From Methanothermococcus sp. SCGC AD-155-E23 (GTDB taxonomy: Archaea > AGJL01 > Methanococci > Methanococcales > Methanococcaceae), in assembly GCA_019561615.1 (NCBI GenBank), contig JAHEQA010000004.1, forward strand, positions 5,231-69,230: a stretch of DNA of 64,000 bases, written 5' to 3'. How positions within the stretch are numbered: the first letter of the stretch is position 1; the number at the start of each line of letters is the position of its first letter. Below are positions 9,198 through 19,365 of the stretch, in pieces. The notes under the pieces were generated by a model. It did not search any database. It saw only the letters and a list, made by a program, of their open reading frames with translations, and was not told the origin of the DNA. The translations under genes and the position numbers were made by a program.

Positions 9198-9377
9198 TTA
9201 TTTTATTATACCAAGATACCTTATTGCCCAAAGTATAAAGATCACAGCTCCAAGTACCAATGCAAACCACACCCAGAGGGTTACAAGGTAGTAGAGTTTA
9301 TAGAGTCTCTCCATATTTTTTGGATTGTTCAGCAACCTCTTAAATGGATCTAAGCCCCTGTACCTTCTTTTTTTCAT
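9198..9377 (-). CDS. 59-aa single-TM protein (below ORF track cutoff)
   Basis: MKKRRYRGLDPFKRLLNNPKNMERLYKLYYLVTLWVWFALVLGAVIFILWAIRYLGIIK; ATG overlaps the upstream TGA (ATGA); fills the operon gap. Confidence 0.75.
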   Translation of the reverse strand: MKKRRYRGLDPFKRLLNNPKNMERLYKLYYLVTLWVWFALVLGAVIFILWAIRYLGIIK

Positions 9378-9778
9378 TCTATCACAGGTCCTATTTTAAA
9401 GAGATATATGGTGGTAGTGGGAAGGTGCCTCCTCACTATCCTCAACTCAGGTTTATAGATGTAAAGGGTGTCCTCCTCAGTGAAGGGGTTTAACTCCCTT
9501 CCAAGTATTTTGGATATTACCTTTACCTCCTCACGACCGCTGATCCTCACAGTTCCAGATTCCAGGGAGGCGTCCACCTCTAGCACTATAGGTATCTTCA
9601 GATCTAGGCTATCAGATAACTCCTTCAATAGATTTAACTCCCTCTTTTTTATCCTATGTCTCCTTCCATTTATAATAACGTGGGGTTTTTCCTCCTCTAA
9701 CAACTCCCTCAGTGTTTTTCTCCTGAAGTTTACATTTAAGGTACGTAGGAACCTGTATATCTCCCTGTCCATATCCAT
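9374..9778 (-). CDS. DUF61/UPF0216 family protein
   Basis: RKTLRELLEEEKPHV..GRRHRIKKREL, LPTTT motifs. Confidence 0.8.
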   Translation of the reverse strand: MDMDREIYRFLRTLNVNFRRKTLRELLEEEKPHVIINGRRHRIKKRELNLLKELSDSLDLKIPIVLEVDASLESGTVRISGREEVKVISKILGRELNPFTEEDTLYIYKPELRIVRRHLPTTTIYLFKIGPVIE

Positions 9779-9850
9779 CCACCTCCCTTTGATAAAAAAT
9801 TATAAAAAGAGTTCTAAAAATAATTTAAATAAAAGAGCAGGGTGGTGGAA

Positions 9851-10822
9851 ATGCTCAGTGTAAATTTAAAGGCTCTGCCTATAGTGAAGGAGATGATGGA
9901 GAAGAAGGAGGAGTTGAGGATAGAGGTAAAAACTCTTGAGAATGGGGCAAAGGTTATAGACTGTGGGGTAAATGTACCTGGTAGTTTCGAGGCAGGTAAG
10001 GCCTTTACAAAGGTATGTCTAGGTGGGTTGGCAGAGGTAGGTATTGCCCTAGAGGAGGGATTAAGTAACGAAATATCCCTACCCTCTGTAAAGGTAGTTA
10101 CCTCTCATCCCGCAGTATCCACCTTAGGTTCCCAGAAGGCAGGATGGGTTGTAAAGGTTGGTAAGTACTTTGCCATGGGTTCGGGGCCTGCCAGAGCCCT
10201 TGCAAAGATGCCTAAGAGTACCTACGAGGAGATAGATTACGAAGATAACGCCGACGTAGCCATACTCTGTCTAGAGTCCTCGAAACTTCCAGATGAGGAT
10301 GTGGCCCAGTATATAGCTGACAAATGTGGTGTAGAGGTAGAGAATGTCTACCTCCTAGTTGCCCCCACAGCCTCCCTTGTAGGTTCTATCCAGATAAGTG
10401 GTAGGGTTGTTGAGAATGGAACCTACAAGATGTTGGAGGTTCTAAACTTCGATGTGAAGAAGGTTAAGTATGCTGCAGGTATTGCACCTATAGCTCCAAT
10501 CGTTGGAGACGACCTGGTTATGATGGGTGCCACCAACGATATGGTACTCTACGGGGGGAAAACCTACTACTATATAGAGGGTGAGGAGGGGGATGACATA
10601 GAGGAGCTATGTAAGAAGTTACCCTCCTCTGCATCACCTGACTATGGAAAACCCTTCTTAGAGGTATTCAAGGCTGCAAACTACGACTTCTACAAGATAG
10701 ATAAGGGTATATTTGCCCCTGCAGTGGTGACCTTAAACGATATAAGGACTGGAAAGGTAGTAAGCTCTGGAAAGATAGATGTTGAGATAATCAAGAGGTC
10801 CCTGAATTACAAGAGGATCTAA
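9851..10822 (+). CDS. mch: Methenyltetrahydromethanopterin cyclohydrolase
   Basis: MLSVN start, [47 protein letters not shown]. Confidence 0.97.
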   Translation: MLSVNLKALPIVKEMMEKKEELRIEVKTLENGAKVIDCGVNVPGSFEAGKAFTKVCLGGLAEVGIALEEGLSNEISLPSVKVVTSHPAVSTLGSQKAGWVVKVGKYFAMGSGPARALAKMPKSTYEEIDYEDNADVAILCLESSKLPDEDVAQYIADKCGVEVENVYLLVAPTASLVGSIQISGRVVENGTYKMLEVLNFDVKKVKYAAGIAPIAPIVGDDLVMMGATNDMVLYGGKTYYYIEGEEGDDIEELCKKLPSSASPDYGKPFLEVFKAANYDFYKIDKGIFAPAVVTLNDIRTGKVVSSGKIDVEIIKRSLNYKRI

Positions 10823-10865
10823 TACTTTTTTTATTTTTTAAATACTATTTTCACAAGGTGAAGTT

Positions 10866-11345
10866 ATGATCCTTCTAGATCTAGAGTTAAAGGATTCTCC
10901 TGGGGAGCTTCTAAAGGCTCTAACACCTATATCTGAGATGGGTATAAACATCCACAGTGTTATACACCTTAGGGAGAAGAAAAGTGACGGCAAGGTACCT
11001 GTTAGGATAGTACTTGAGGATCTTGATGAGGAGACCCTTGAGAAGATAGTGGAGAGACTTGAAGAAAGTGGTATAGTAGTTACAAAGGTGAACAACAAGG
11101 TTAGGAAGATGGACATAGATGTGGTGGTCATAGGTCACGTTGTGGACACTGACATAAGGGATACCATAGATAGACTGAATAAATACGGACTAGTTGTGGA
11201 TCTAGATTTAACCATGCCCCATCCCTTTAAGGAGTCCTCTGCAAGGATGAGGATAATAGTGGACAGTAAGAATTTAGAGGACCTATGTAGGGAGATGGAA
11301 AAACTCTCAAAGGAGAAGGATCTTCTATTTATAAAATCCTTTTAA
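10866..11345 (+). CDS. ACT-domain regulator associated with homoserine dehydrogenase
   Basis: [26 protein letters not shown]; directly upstream of hom. Confidence 0.85.
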   Translation: MILLDLELKDSPGELLKALTPISEMGINIHSVIHLREKKSDGKVPVRIVLEDLDEETLEKIVERLEESGIVVTKVNNKVRKMDIDVVVIGHVVDTDIRDTIDRLNKYGLVVDLDLTMPHPFKESSARMRIIVDSKNLEDLCREMEKLSKEKDLLFIKSF

Positions 11346-11360
11346 ATCTGCGGGGGGAAC

Positions 11361-12377
11361 ATGAAGGTGATTCTGGTAGGTTTTGGTGTAATTGGAAGAG
11401 GAGTTATTAAGGTGATAAAGAAAAAGAGAGAATATCTCAAAAAGAAGTATGGCATGGACATCAAGGTGGTGGCTATCTGTGACAGCAGTGGTGCAGCCAT
11501 CGATGAGAGGGGTTTAGATCTAGATTTAGCACTGGAGGTTAAGAGGAAGAAGGGAAGGATATGTGAATATCCAGGTAAAGGGGTCACTCTGCCAGTGACA
11601 GAGGTTATAAGATCTGTTGAGGGTGACGTCCTTATAGAGGTGACACCTACAAATCTAGAGGACGGTGAACCTGCTAGAACCTATATCATCGAGGGGTTTA
11701 AAAGTGGAAAACATGTGATAACTGCAAATAAGGGACCCCTTGCCCTCTATTTTCAGGAGTTAATGTCCTACGCCAAGAAATACAAAAGGATATTTAGATA
11801 CGAGGCCTCTGTTGGAGGAGCCATGCCTATTATCAACCTGGCCAGGGAGACCCTCGCTGGAAACGAGATTATAGAGATAAAGGGGATACTCAATGGAACT
11901 ACCAACTATATCTTAACGAAGATGGAGAGGGAGAAGTTAGACTTTGACACTGTACTTAAGGAGGCCCAGGAGTTAGGTATTGCAGAGACAAATCCCTATC
12001 AGGATATAAGTGGTCTTGACACCGCTGCAAAAATAGTGATCCTGGCAAACTCCATTATGAATATGAATGTCACTATAAGGGATGTGAAGATAGAGGGGAT
12101 TAGCAGGATAACTCCAGAGGCACTTACCATGGCAAATAAAGGAGGGTATACCATAAAACTTATTGGAGAGGTGAAGAGGAATAAGTTAGAGGTAGGTCCC
12201 AAGTTAATACCCTTAGACGACCCCCTTAATGTAAAGGGCTCCCTAAATGTTGCCAAGTTATACACAGATCTTGCCAAGGAGGTAATTGTTGTTGGAAGGG
12301 GTGCTGGAAGTATAGAGACCTCCTCTGCAATCTTAAGTGACATTATAAACATCTACCTACAGACTAGTAGGGGATAG
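11361..12377 (+). CDS. hom: Homoserine dehydrogenase
   Basis: [41 protein letters not shown]. Confidence 0.95.
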   Translation: MKVILVGFGVIGRGVIKVIKKKREYLKKKYGMDIKVVAICDSSGAAIDERGLDLDLALEVKRKKGRICEYPGKGVTLPVTEVIRSVEGDVLIEVTPTNLEDGEPARTYIIEGFKSGKHVITANKGPLALYFQELMSYAKKYKRIFRYEASVGGAMPIINLARETLAGNEIIEIKGILNGTTNYILTKMEREKLDFDTVLKEAQELGIAETNPYQDISGLDTAAKIVILANSIMNMNVTIRDVKIEGISRITPEALTMANKGGYTIKLIGEVKRNKLEVGPKLIPLDDPLNVKGSLNVAKLYTDLAKEVIVVGRGAGSIETSSAILSDIINIYLQTSRG

Positions 12378-12384
12378 ATGTCCT

Positions 12385-12921
12385 ATGGATCTCATCCAAC
12401 TGATCTTTAAATCCCTACTCTATATCCTCCCAGCCTATGTAGCAAATGCTGCAGCCTGTATATTCGGTGGAGGTACCCCAGTGGATCTAGGAAGGAAATT
12501 CTTGGATGGAAGGAGGATACTAGGTAACGGGGTTACCTATAGAGGGTTCTTTTTTGGTCTACTCTTTGGATGTATTACCGCCACCCTTGAAGGTATCCTT
12601 CTAAATCTAGATCTAGTGGGAACTTCCCACTTCTACTACAAGGTTTTTAAATGGTTGTGCCTTGGTTTTCTACTATCCCTAGGTGCCCTCTTTGGAGATA
12701 TGGTTGGTAGTTTTATCAAGAGGAGGCTGGGAATAGAACGGGGAAAACCTGCACCTCTACTAGATCAACTTGACTTTGTCCTCTTTGCCATACTATTTGC
12801 CTATCCCTTTGCACCTATAACCCTGGAGATGGTAGTTATTATACTTGTTATCACACCTTTAATCCATCTCTCAGGTAACATTGTAGCCTATCTACTGGGG
12901 ATAAAGAGTATGTGGTGGTAA
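12385..12921 (+). CDS. carS: CDP-archaeol synthase
   Basis: PAYVAN, DGRRILGNG.T.RG, GDMVGSFIKRRLG, LDQLDF. Confidence 0.92.
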   Translation: MDLIQLIFKSLLYILPAYVANAAACIFGGGTPVDLGRKFLDGRRILGNGVTYRGFFFGLLFGCITATLEGILLNLDLVGTSHFYYKVFKWLCLGFLLSLGALFGDMVGSFIKRRLGIERGKPAPLLDQLDFVLFAILFAYPFAPITLEMVVIILVITPLIHLSGNIVAYLLGIKSMWW

Positions 12922-13073
12922 CACTCTTTTAATCCAATGTAATTAACTTTTATTTTGGAGTTAATCGATTATAGTATATTTAATAAAACTTATTAAATAG
13001 GTTAAACAGTATATTTTTATAACAATTTTTATATAATATTTTTTTGTAATCCATCGGTCTTGGAGGTGAATAC

Positions 13074-15050
13074 ATGGAAAACCCCAGAGTAGGGGTCTTT
13101 ATCTGCTACTGCGGTACCAACATCAACGGTGTCGTAGATTGTGAGGCGGTGAAGGAGTTTGCCTCAAAACTTGACGGGGTAGTGTATGCAGAGACCTACC
13201 CCTTCTATTGTTCCGATCCTGGACAGAAGTCCATTAAGAATGCAATAAAGGAGTACAACTTAAACAGGATTGTTGTTGCTGCATGTACCCCCAAGATCCA
13301 TGAACCTACCTTTAGAATCTGTATTGCAGAGGCTGGATTGTCTCCATACTACCTGGAGTTTGTAAATATCAGGGAGCATGTCTCCTTCGTTCACCTGGAG
13401 GACAGGGAGGCTGCAACAAAGAAGGCTATGGAGTTAGTTGCAGGGGGTGTTGAGAGGGCTAAGAGGTTGGAGGATGTACCTAAGAAGGTTGTAGAGGTAG
13501 ACAAGTCCTGTCTTATCATTGGAGGAGGTATTGCCGGTATCCAGGCTGCCCTGGACTTAGGGGATCAGGGCTATAAGGTATATCTGGTAGAGAAGGAGGA
13601 GTCCATTGGAGGTAGGATGGCCCAGCTGGCCAAGACATTCCCAACAGATGACTGTGCCCTTTGAATCCTGGCTCCTAAGATGGTTACAGTAGCAAACCAC
13701 CCTAACGTTGAGATCATCACCTACGCCGAGATAAAGGATGTCTCTGGATACATAGGTAACTTTGAGGTAACTATAGAGAAGAAGCCAAGATACGTGGATG
13801 AGTCCAAGTGTACAGGATGTGGTGCCTGTGCCAACGTATGTCCCATCGAGGTACCTAACGAATTTGACTTGGGGTTAGGTACCAGGAAGGCTATATACGT
13901 ACCCTTTGCCCAGGCTGTCCCCCTGGTATACACCATAGACAGGGAGCACTGTATCGACTGTAAGTTATGTGAAAGTGTCTGTGGGCCTGGAGCCATAGAC
14001 TTCAACCAGAAACCAGAGGAGATCAAGTTAAAGGTAGGTACAATAATTGTGGCTACTGGCTTCGACGAGTTCGATGCCTCCCTCAAGGAGGAGTACGGCT
14101 ATGGAGTCTACGACAACGTAATAACTACCTTAGAACTGGAGAGGATGATAAACCCTGCAGGGCCCACAGGAGGACATGTAATAAGACCCAGTGATGGAAA
14201 ACATCCCCACAGGGTAGTATTCATACAGTGTGTAGGTTCCAGGGATCTAAAGGTTGGCAACCCCTACTGTTCAAGGATCTGCTGTATGTTCGCCCTAAAG
14301 AATGCCCAACTGATAAAGATGCACGATCCAGATGCAGAGGTTTACATCTGCTACATGGATATAAGGGCCTTTGGAAAGGGGTATGAGGAGTACTATCAGA
14401 GAGCCCAGGAACAGTTTGGAGTTAAATTCATAAGGGGAAGACCTGCATGTGTCATGGAGGATCCAGAAACCAAGAACCTCCTAGTTCGAGTGGAGGATAC
14501 ATTGATGGGAGAGATAGTGGAGATAGAGTGTGACTTGGTGGTACTCTCTGCAGGGCTTGTACCAAGACCAGAGGCCAAAGATGTAGCAAAGATGCTGGGG
14601 TTGGACATCAGCCCAGATGGATTCTTCAAGGAGCTCCATCCAAAGTTGGCACCAGTTAACACCAAGGTGGACGGTATAGCCATTGCAGGTGTGGCACAGG
14701 GTCCTAAGGACATCCCTGATACAGTGGCCCAGGCAAAGGGTGCAGCAAGTGCAGTGGCAATACCTATGGCCAGGGGTAAATTTGAGATAGAGATGATAAG
14801 GGCAGTGGTAGATGAGGAGGTCTGTGGAGGATGTGAAATCTGTGCCTCTGTCTGCCCATACAACGCCATATCCTACAGGGAAGTTGAGGGGCACCTAGTG
14901 GCAGAGGTAAATGATATAGCATGTAAAGGTTGCGGTTCCTGCTGTGCAGCCTGTCCAAGTGGGGCCCTGCAGTTGAGATACTACAGAGATCATCAGGTAA
15001 TAGCTGTAATAGATGGAATCCTAGATGTCCACAAGATGATAAACCAGTAA
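13074..15050 (+). CDS. hdrA: Heterodisulfide reductase subunit A, selenoprotein (658 aa; UGA=Sec at 13662-13664)
   Basis: Two track ORFs are in frame across TGA: FPTDDCAL-U-ILAPKM; FAD and ferredoxin motifs; SECIS in 3' UTR. Confidence 0.96.
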
Positions 15051-15110
15051 AGGGGGCAGCCTATTAGCTATCAACGTTAGGGTGGTTTGCTGGAGAGAAA
15101 AAAAGTTTAA

Positions 15111-15143
15111 GGTCCCATCCGAAGGCACTGCCAGGATGGGACC
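15111..15143 (+). promoter_or_regulatory. Archaeal SECIS element of hdrA
   Basis: GGTCCCATCC-GAA-GGC-ACT-GCC-A-GGATGGGACC: 10-bp stem, GAA/A bulge, 3 G-C pairs. Confidence 0.92.
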
Positions 15144-15152
15144 AGATGAAAT

Positions 15153-15231
15153 AAGATGTGGGGAGTTCCGTTCCCCCTGAAAGCCCACCAAGATTAAGGT
15201 GGGAAGATCCTCCTTGGGAGGATCAGAACGG
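15153..15231 (+). ncRNA. Orphan IS607/TnpB right-end (omegaRNA-like) structured element
   Basis: Homologous to minus-strand 851-931: AAGATGTGGGGAGTTCC..TTCCCCC.GAAAGC, two variable hairpins, CAGAACGG. Confidence 0.75.
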
Positions 15232-15284
15232 CTATTCTCACTTTTATTATTGTTATCCTCATTATTTTTTTAAAGGTGAAAGGT

Positions 15285-15692
15285 ATGGAGACCCCAGTAA
15301 TAATTGCATTTGCATGTTATCAGTGAGGGTATGGAGCTGCAGATCTAGCTGGAACCAGTAAGATGCAGTACCCTCCATCTGTTAGAATTATAAGGATACC
15401 CTGCACTGGCAGATTTGATATATCTTATGCCCTCAGGGCCTTCCAGAAGGGTGCAGATGGGGTTATGGTTGTAGGGTGAAAACCCCACGAGTGTGTCTAT
15501 GAAAGTGGGAACTTCAGGGCCGAGGAGAGGGTAAAACTTACAAAAGAGATACTGGAGGAGCTGGGGATAGGGGGAGAGAGGATAGAGATATTCCTCATGA
15601 GTGCGGCAGATGCTGCCAAGTTTGTTGAGGCTGTAAATATCATGACTGAGAGGGTTAACAGGTTAGGCCCTAACCCCTTGAAGAGCCAGTGA
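15285..15692 (+). CDS. vhuD: F420-nonreducing hydrogenase subunit D, selenoprotein (Sec at 15324 and 15477)
   Basis: METPVIIAFACYQ-U-GYGAADLAGTSKMQYP..IPCTGR..GADGVMVVG-U-KPHEC..LGPNPL; GGTGA RBS; absent from the ORF track. Confidence 0.95.
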
Positions 15693-15716
15693 GGGTAGAA
15701 GGGTTAAAGGGATGAA

Positions 15717-15747
15717 TTCCGTAGGGAACCGTAAGGGACCTACGGAA
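15717..15747 (+). promoter_or_regulatory. SECIS element of vhuD
   Basis: TTCCGTAGG-GAA-CC-GTAAG-GG-A-CCTACGGAA. Confidence 0.88.
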
Positions 15748-15803
15748 GGACCGCCTCCTAAGCAGGAGGTTGTTCCCTCTAAATATCTTATCAGGGTGAT
15801 GGA

Positions 15804-16670
15804 ATGGGAGAGAAGGTTAAGTTAGGAATGATTCAACTATGTGGATGTTCCGGCTGTCATATATCCCTCCTAGACCTTCACGACCAACTTCTCAAGGTAC
15901 TTCCACAGGTGGAGATCCTCTTCGCTCCCATAGTGGCAGATATGAAGGAGATTCCAGAGGGTATAGATGTATTCCTGGTGGAGGGAGGTATTAGAAATGA
16001 ACATGAGAAACATCTCTTAGAGGAGATAAGGGAGAAGTCAAAGGTTGTAGTGGCATGGGGGACCTGTGCAGCCTACGGAGGAATACCAGGCTTAGGTAAC
16101 CTCTACCCCACTGAAGAACTCCTTAAAGAGGCATTCTCCACAGGTACTGTAGATAACCCTAGAGAGATACCTGAGGAGGATATCCCAAAACTACTGGATA
16201 GGGTGTATCCAGTATCCCACTTTATCGATGTAGACCTTCTACTACCAGGATGCCCTCCAAAACCTGAACACAACCTAGAGTTGATAGGTGCACTGTTGGA
16301 GGGGAGGGAACCTAAGATATCCAAGAAGATAGTATGTGACCAGTGTTCAAGGAAGAGGGAGGGGACCTATCCTGAGGAGTTTAAGAGGACCTTTGAAGGT
16401 ACTCCAGATAGGGAGAGGTGTCTCTTTGAACAGGGTTATACCTGTGTAGGTATGGCTACAAGGGCTGGATGTGGAGCTGTCTGTCCCTCTGCAAATGTAC
16501 CCTGTAGGGGATGCTATGGGAAGACAGATGCAGTTCTTGATCAGGGGGCTGCAGTGGCAAATGCATATGCCCTTACAGGGGATGCAGCACTGAAACTCCC
16601 TGACAAGTTAGGACTGTTTTACAGGTTCTCCATGGCTGCAGGACTAATACCTAAGAAGATCCACAAGTAA
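15804..16670 (+). CDS. vhuG: F420-nonreducing hydrogenase small subunit
   Basis: CGCSGC, GTCAAYGGIPG, PGCPP, distal Cys cluster motifs. Confidence 0.95.
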   Translation: MGEKVKLGMIQLCGCSGCHISLLDLHDQLLKVLPQVEILFAPIVADMKEIPEGIDVFLVEGGIRNEHEKHLLEEIREKSKVVVAWGTCAAYGGIPGLGNLYPTEELLKEAFSTGTVDNPREIPEEDIPKLLDRVYPVSHFIDVDLLLPGCPPKPEHNLELIGALLEGREPKISKKIVCDQCSRKREGTYPEEFKRTFEGTPDRERCLFEQGYTCVGMATRAGCGAVCPSANVPCRGCYGKTDAVLDQGAAVANAYALTGDAALKLPDKLGLFYRFSMAAGLIPKKIHK

Positions 16671-16686
16671 AAGATGGTGACATACC

Positions 16687-17946
16687 ATGGGTAAGATTAC
16701 TATAGAGCCTCTAAGTCGTCTTGAAGGTCATGGTAAGGTTACTATTGTAGTAGATGATTTTGGAAAACCCCTGGAAGTTAAACTCCATATAACTGCAATA
16801 AGGGGGTTTGAGAAGTTTGTAGTGGGGAGGCCTGCTGAAGAGGTGCCAAGGATAGTTACAAGGATCTGTGGGATATGTCAGACACCTCACCACCTGGCAA
16901 GTGTCAAGGCAGTTGATGCCGCCTGGGATGTTGAGATCCCAGAGGCCGCAAAGAAACTTAGAGAGTTAATGTTACTAGGTAATATGATCCACAGCCACGC
17001 CCTACACTTCTACTACCTGGCAGTGCCAGACTTTGTAATGGGTCTAGATGCAGATCCTAAGGTTAGAAATGTTGTAGGTTTAATGGAAAAATCCCCTGAA
17101 ATGGTTAAAAAGGCCATAGTACTGAGAAAGTTCGGCCAGAGTATAGTGGAAAAAGTTGGAGGTAGGCCTATACATCCAGTTACTGGTATTCCAGGGGGTA
17201 TTGCCAAGACACTAAGTGAAGAGGAGAGGGACGCCTTCTTAAAGGAAATTGACACCATGATAGAGTATGCCAGGGAGAGTGTGGAGTTGATCAAATCCAT
17301 AAACGAGAGTTATATGGACATTGTAAAGTCAGTAGGGGTTATAGATACCTGGTACCTAGGTATTGTGAAGGATGGTAAACACTCCTTCTACGATGGTGTC
17401 TTAAGGTTCCTCTCCCCAGATGGTAGTGAGAAGGTAGAGTTCTCTTTCTCTGAGTACCAGGACTACATAGGGGAGCACAACGTACCACATAGCTATGTAA
17501 AGTACCCCTACTACAAGAAGGTAGGATACCCTGAAGGGATCTACAGGGTTGGTCCCCTGGCGATGATGAACGTATGTGACAGTATCCCTACACCCCTGGC
17601 TGAGGAGGCTAGAAGGGAGTTCTTAGATATGTTTGGAAGTCCAGCAAATCAGTCCCTGGCCTATCACCACGCCAGACTTATAGAGTTACTTGCAGCATGT
17701 GAGAGGACCAAGGAGTTACTGGAAGACAGTGAGATTACATCCACAGATGTTAAGGTGGATGTGGAGCCAAAGGCAGGTGATGGTGTGGGAGTTGTAGAGG
17801 CTCCAAGGGGGGTTCTAATACATCACTACCAGACAGATGATAGGGGAATTGTCACAAAGGCTAACATGATAGTAGCCTCTACACATAACGTACCTGCAAT
17901 GGAGGAGGCCCTTAAACAGGCTGTAGAGGAGATATTTAAAAAGTAA
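16687..17946 (+). CDS. vhuA: F420-nonreducing [NiFeSe] hydrogenase large subunit (C-terminal Ni motif supplied by VhuU)
   Basis: SRLEGHG, RICGIC, HSHALH, EAPRG; no DPCxxC at the C-terminus. Confidence 0.95.
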   Translation: MGKITIEPLSRLEGHGKVTIVVDDFGKPLEVKLHITAIRGFEKFVVGRPAEEVPRIVTRICGICQTPHHLASVKAVDAAWDVEIPEAAKKLRELMLLGNMIHSHALHFYYLAVPDFVMGLDADPKVRNVVGLMEKSPEMVKKAIVLRKFGQSIVEKVGGRPIHPVTGIPGGIAKTLSEEERDAFLKEIDTMIEYARESVELIKSINESYMDIVKSVGVIDTWYLGIVKDGKHSFYDGVLRFLSPDGSEKVEFSFSEYQDYIGEHNVPHSYVKYPYYKKVGYPEGIYRVGPLAMMNVCDSIPTPLAEEARREFLDMFGSPANQSLAYHHARLIELLAACERTKELLEDSEITSTDVKVDVEPKAGDGVGVVEAPRGVLIHHYQTDDRGIVTKANMIVASTHNVPAMEEALKQAVEEIFKK

Positions 17947-17960
17947 TCTAGGTGAGGACT

Positions 17961-18095
17961 ATGGAGAAAGATGAGAAAAAGTTAAACCTATTGGAGGTTG
18001 TCCTGAGAGCCTACGACCCTTGATACTCCTGTGCAGCCCATGTGATAATTAAGAACAGGAGGGGAGATGTGATATTTGAGATAAAGAGGGAGTAG
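17961..18095 (+). CDS. vhuU: VhuU selenopeptide (44 aa; Sec at 18021-18023)
   Basis: [31 protein letters not shown]...; GGTGAGG RBS. Confidence 0.95.
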
Positions 18096-18137
18096 TTTCC
18101 TACATACCGAACCCCTTAAGGGGAGGTTGTAGGAAAC
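18095..18137 (+). promoter_or_regulatory. SECIS element of vhuU
   Basis: GTTTCCTACA-T-ACC-GAA-CCCC-TTAA-GGGG-A-GGT-TGTAGGAAAC. Confidence 0.92.
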
Positions 18138-18176
18138 TGTTTTTAAAATCATTATAAAAATCAAAAAGGAGATATC

Positions 18177-19325
18177 ATGGGAGGTATAAAAATCCAGGAG
18201 GATCTCTGCCTAGTATGTAACGCCTGTACTGCCGTCTGTCCCACAGAGGCCATAGAAATAGATCCCTTTAAAACCTGTATGTTATGTATGAGTTGTGTTG
18301 AAGCCTGTCCCACTGGAGCACTTTATCAGTCCAACGACGTTATAGCCTACAACCCCTCTAAGTGTCTAAAGTGTGGAGAGTGTGCAGAGGCATGTCCCAC
18401 TAAGATAAAGAAGGTTGATGACAGATATCCCTATTCCAAGGGACACTGTATCCTATGTAAGAGATGTGTAGAGATATGTCCAATAGAGATCATCTCCATA
18501 CCTGGGGTGATTGAGAAGCCCAAGAAAAAGATCCAGATACCTAAGGAGCCAATAGTAGTTACAGAGGACTGTGTAGGTTGTGAGATCTGTGTCCCTGTAT
18601 GCCCTATAGGGGCTATAAAGATGGAGGGTGGTAGGGCTGTTGTTGACAAGGATAAATGTGTATACTGTTCCATATGTGCCCAAACCTGTCCCTGGAATGC
18701 CATCTACGTAGCTGGTAGGATACCTAAGAAGAGGAAGAAGGAGATATTAAAATTTGAAGTGGATGAGAGTAAATGTATAGGATGTGCACTATGTGTTGAG
18801 GTCTGTCCAGGGGATATGATAAAGTTCAACAGGGAGAGGAATATAGTGGAGGTTCCAAAGGCCTGTCCAGCATGTAAGTTATGTGTAAGGGCCTGTCCCG
18901 TAGATGCCCTAACTCTAGAGGTGAAGTTTGAATCCCCACACCCAATTACAGAGGAGGGCCTGGTAATTATCGAGGAGGATTACAATATACTGGAGAAGTG
19001 TGCCAGGGTATGTCCCACAGATGCTATTGTAGTAGATAAGAAGAGTAAAAGTGTAAGGATGTGTATAGTCTGTGGTGCATGTACTGTGGCATGTCCAACT
19101 GGGGCTTTAAAACTGGGAAAGATAAACCACAGGGGGAAGGAGTACAACAGAATAGAGTACAGTCCCTACCTATGTAGGAAATGTGGTGAATGTGTAAAGG
19201 TATGTCCAATGAAGACCTTAAGGTTGTCAAGGGGTAAGATACCTTTGAAGGGGTACTGTGTAATGTGTCTACTATGTCTCTCCTGTGCAGAGGCTGAAAA
19301 GAAGAAGGTACTGGAGTTAAGGTAA
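18177..19325 (+). CDS. vhuB: Polyferredoxin
   Basis: About 11 CxxCxxCxxxCP-type motifs; last gene of the vhu operon. Confidence 0.92.
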   Translation: MGGIKIQEDLCLVCNACTAVCPTEAIEIDPFKTCMLCMSCVEACPTGALYQSNDVIAYNPSKCLKCGECAEACPTKIKKVDDRYPYSKGHCILCKRCVEICPIEIISIPGVIEKPKKKIQIPKEPIVVTEDCVGCEICVPVCPIGAIKMEGGRAVVDKDKCVYCSICAQTCPWNAIYVAGRIPKKRKKEILKFEVDESKCIGCALCVEVCPGDMIKFNRERNIVEVPKACPACKLCVRACPVDALTLEVKFESPHPITEEGLVIIEEDYNILEKCARVCPTDAIVVDKKSKSVRMCIVCGACTVACPTGALKLGKINHRGKEYNRIEYSPYLCRKCGECVKVCPMKTLRLSRGKIPLKGYCVMCLLCLSCAEAEKKKVLELR

Positions 19326-19365
19326 TACTTTTTTAAATCCCTCTTTTGATAGGAGTTATAAAAAT

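Noticed and set aside
13074-13664. hdrA as a split gene or pseudogene
   Set aside because: The TGA is in frame at the known Sec position and a SECIS follows the gene
15158-15361. 67-aa ORF MGSSVPPESPP...
   Set aside because: Translation of the TnpB-tail/omegaRNA remnant running out of frame into vhuD; no RBS
15754-15769. Second hairpin CCTCCT-AAGC-AGGAGG after the vhuD SECIS
   Set aside because: Lacks the GAA/A motif, so not a second SECIS; function cannot be supported
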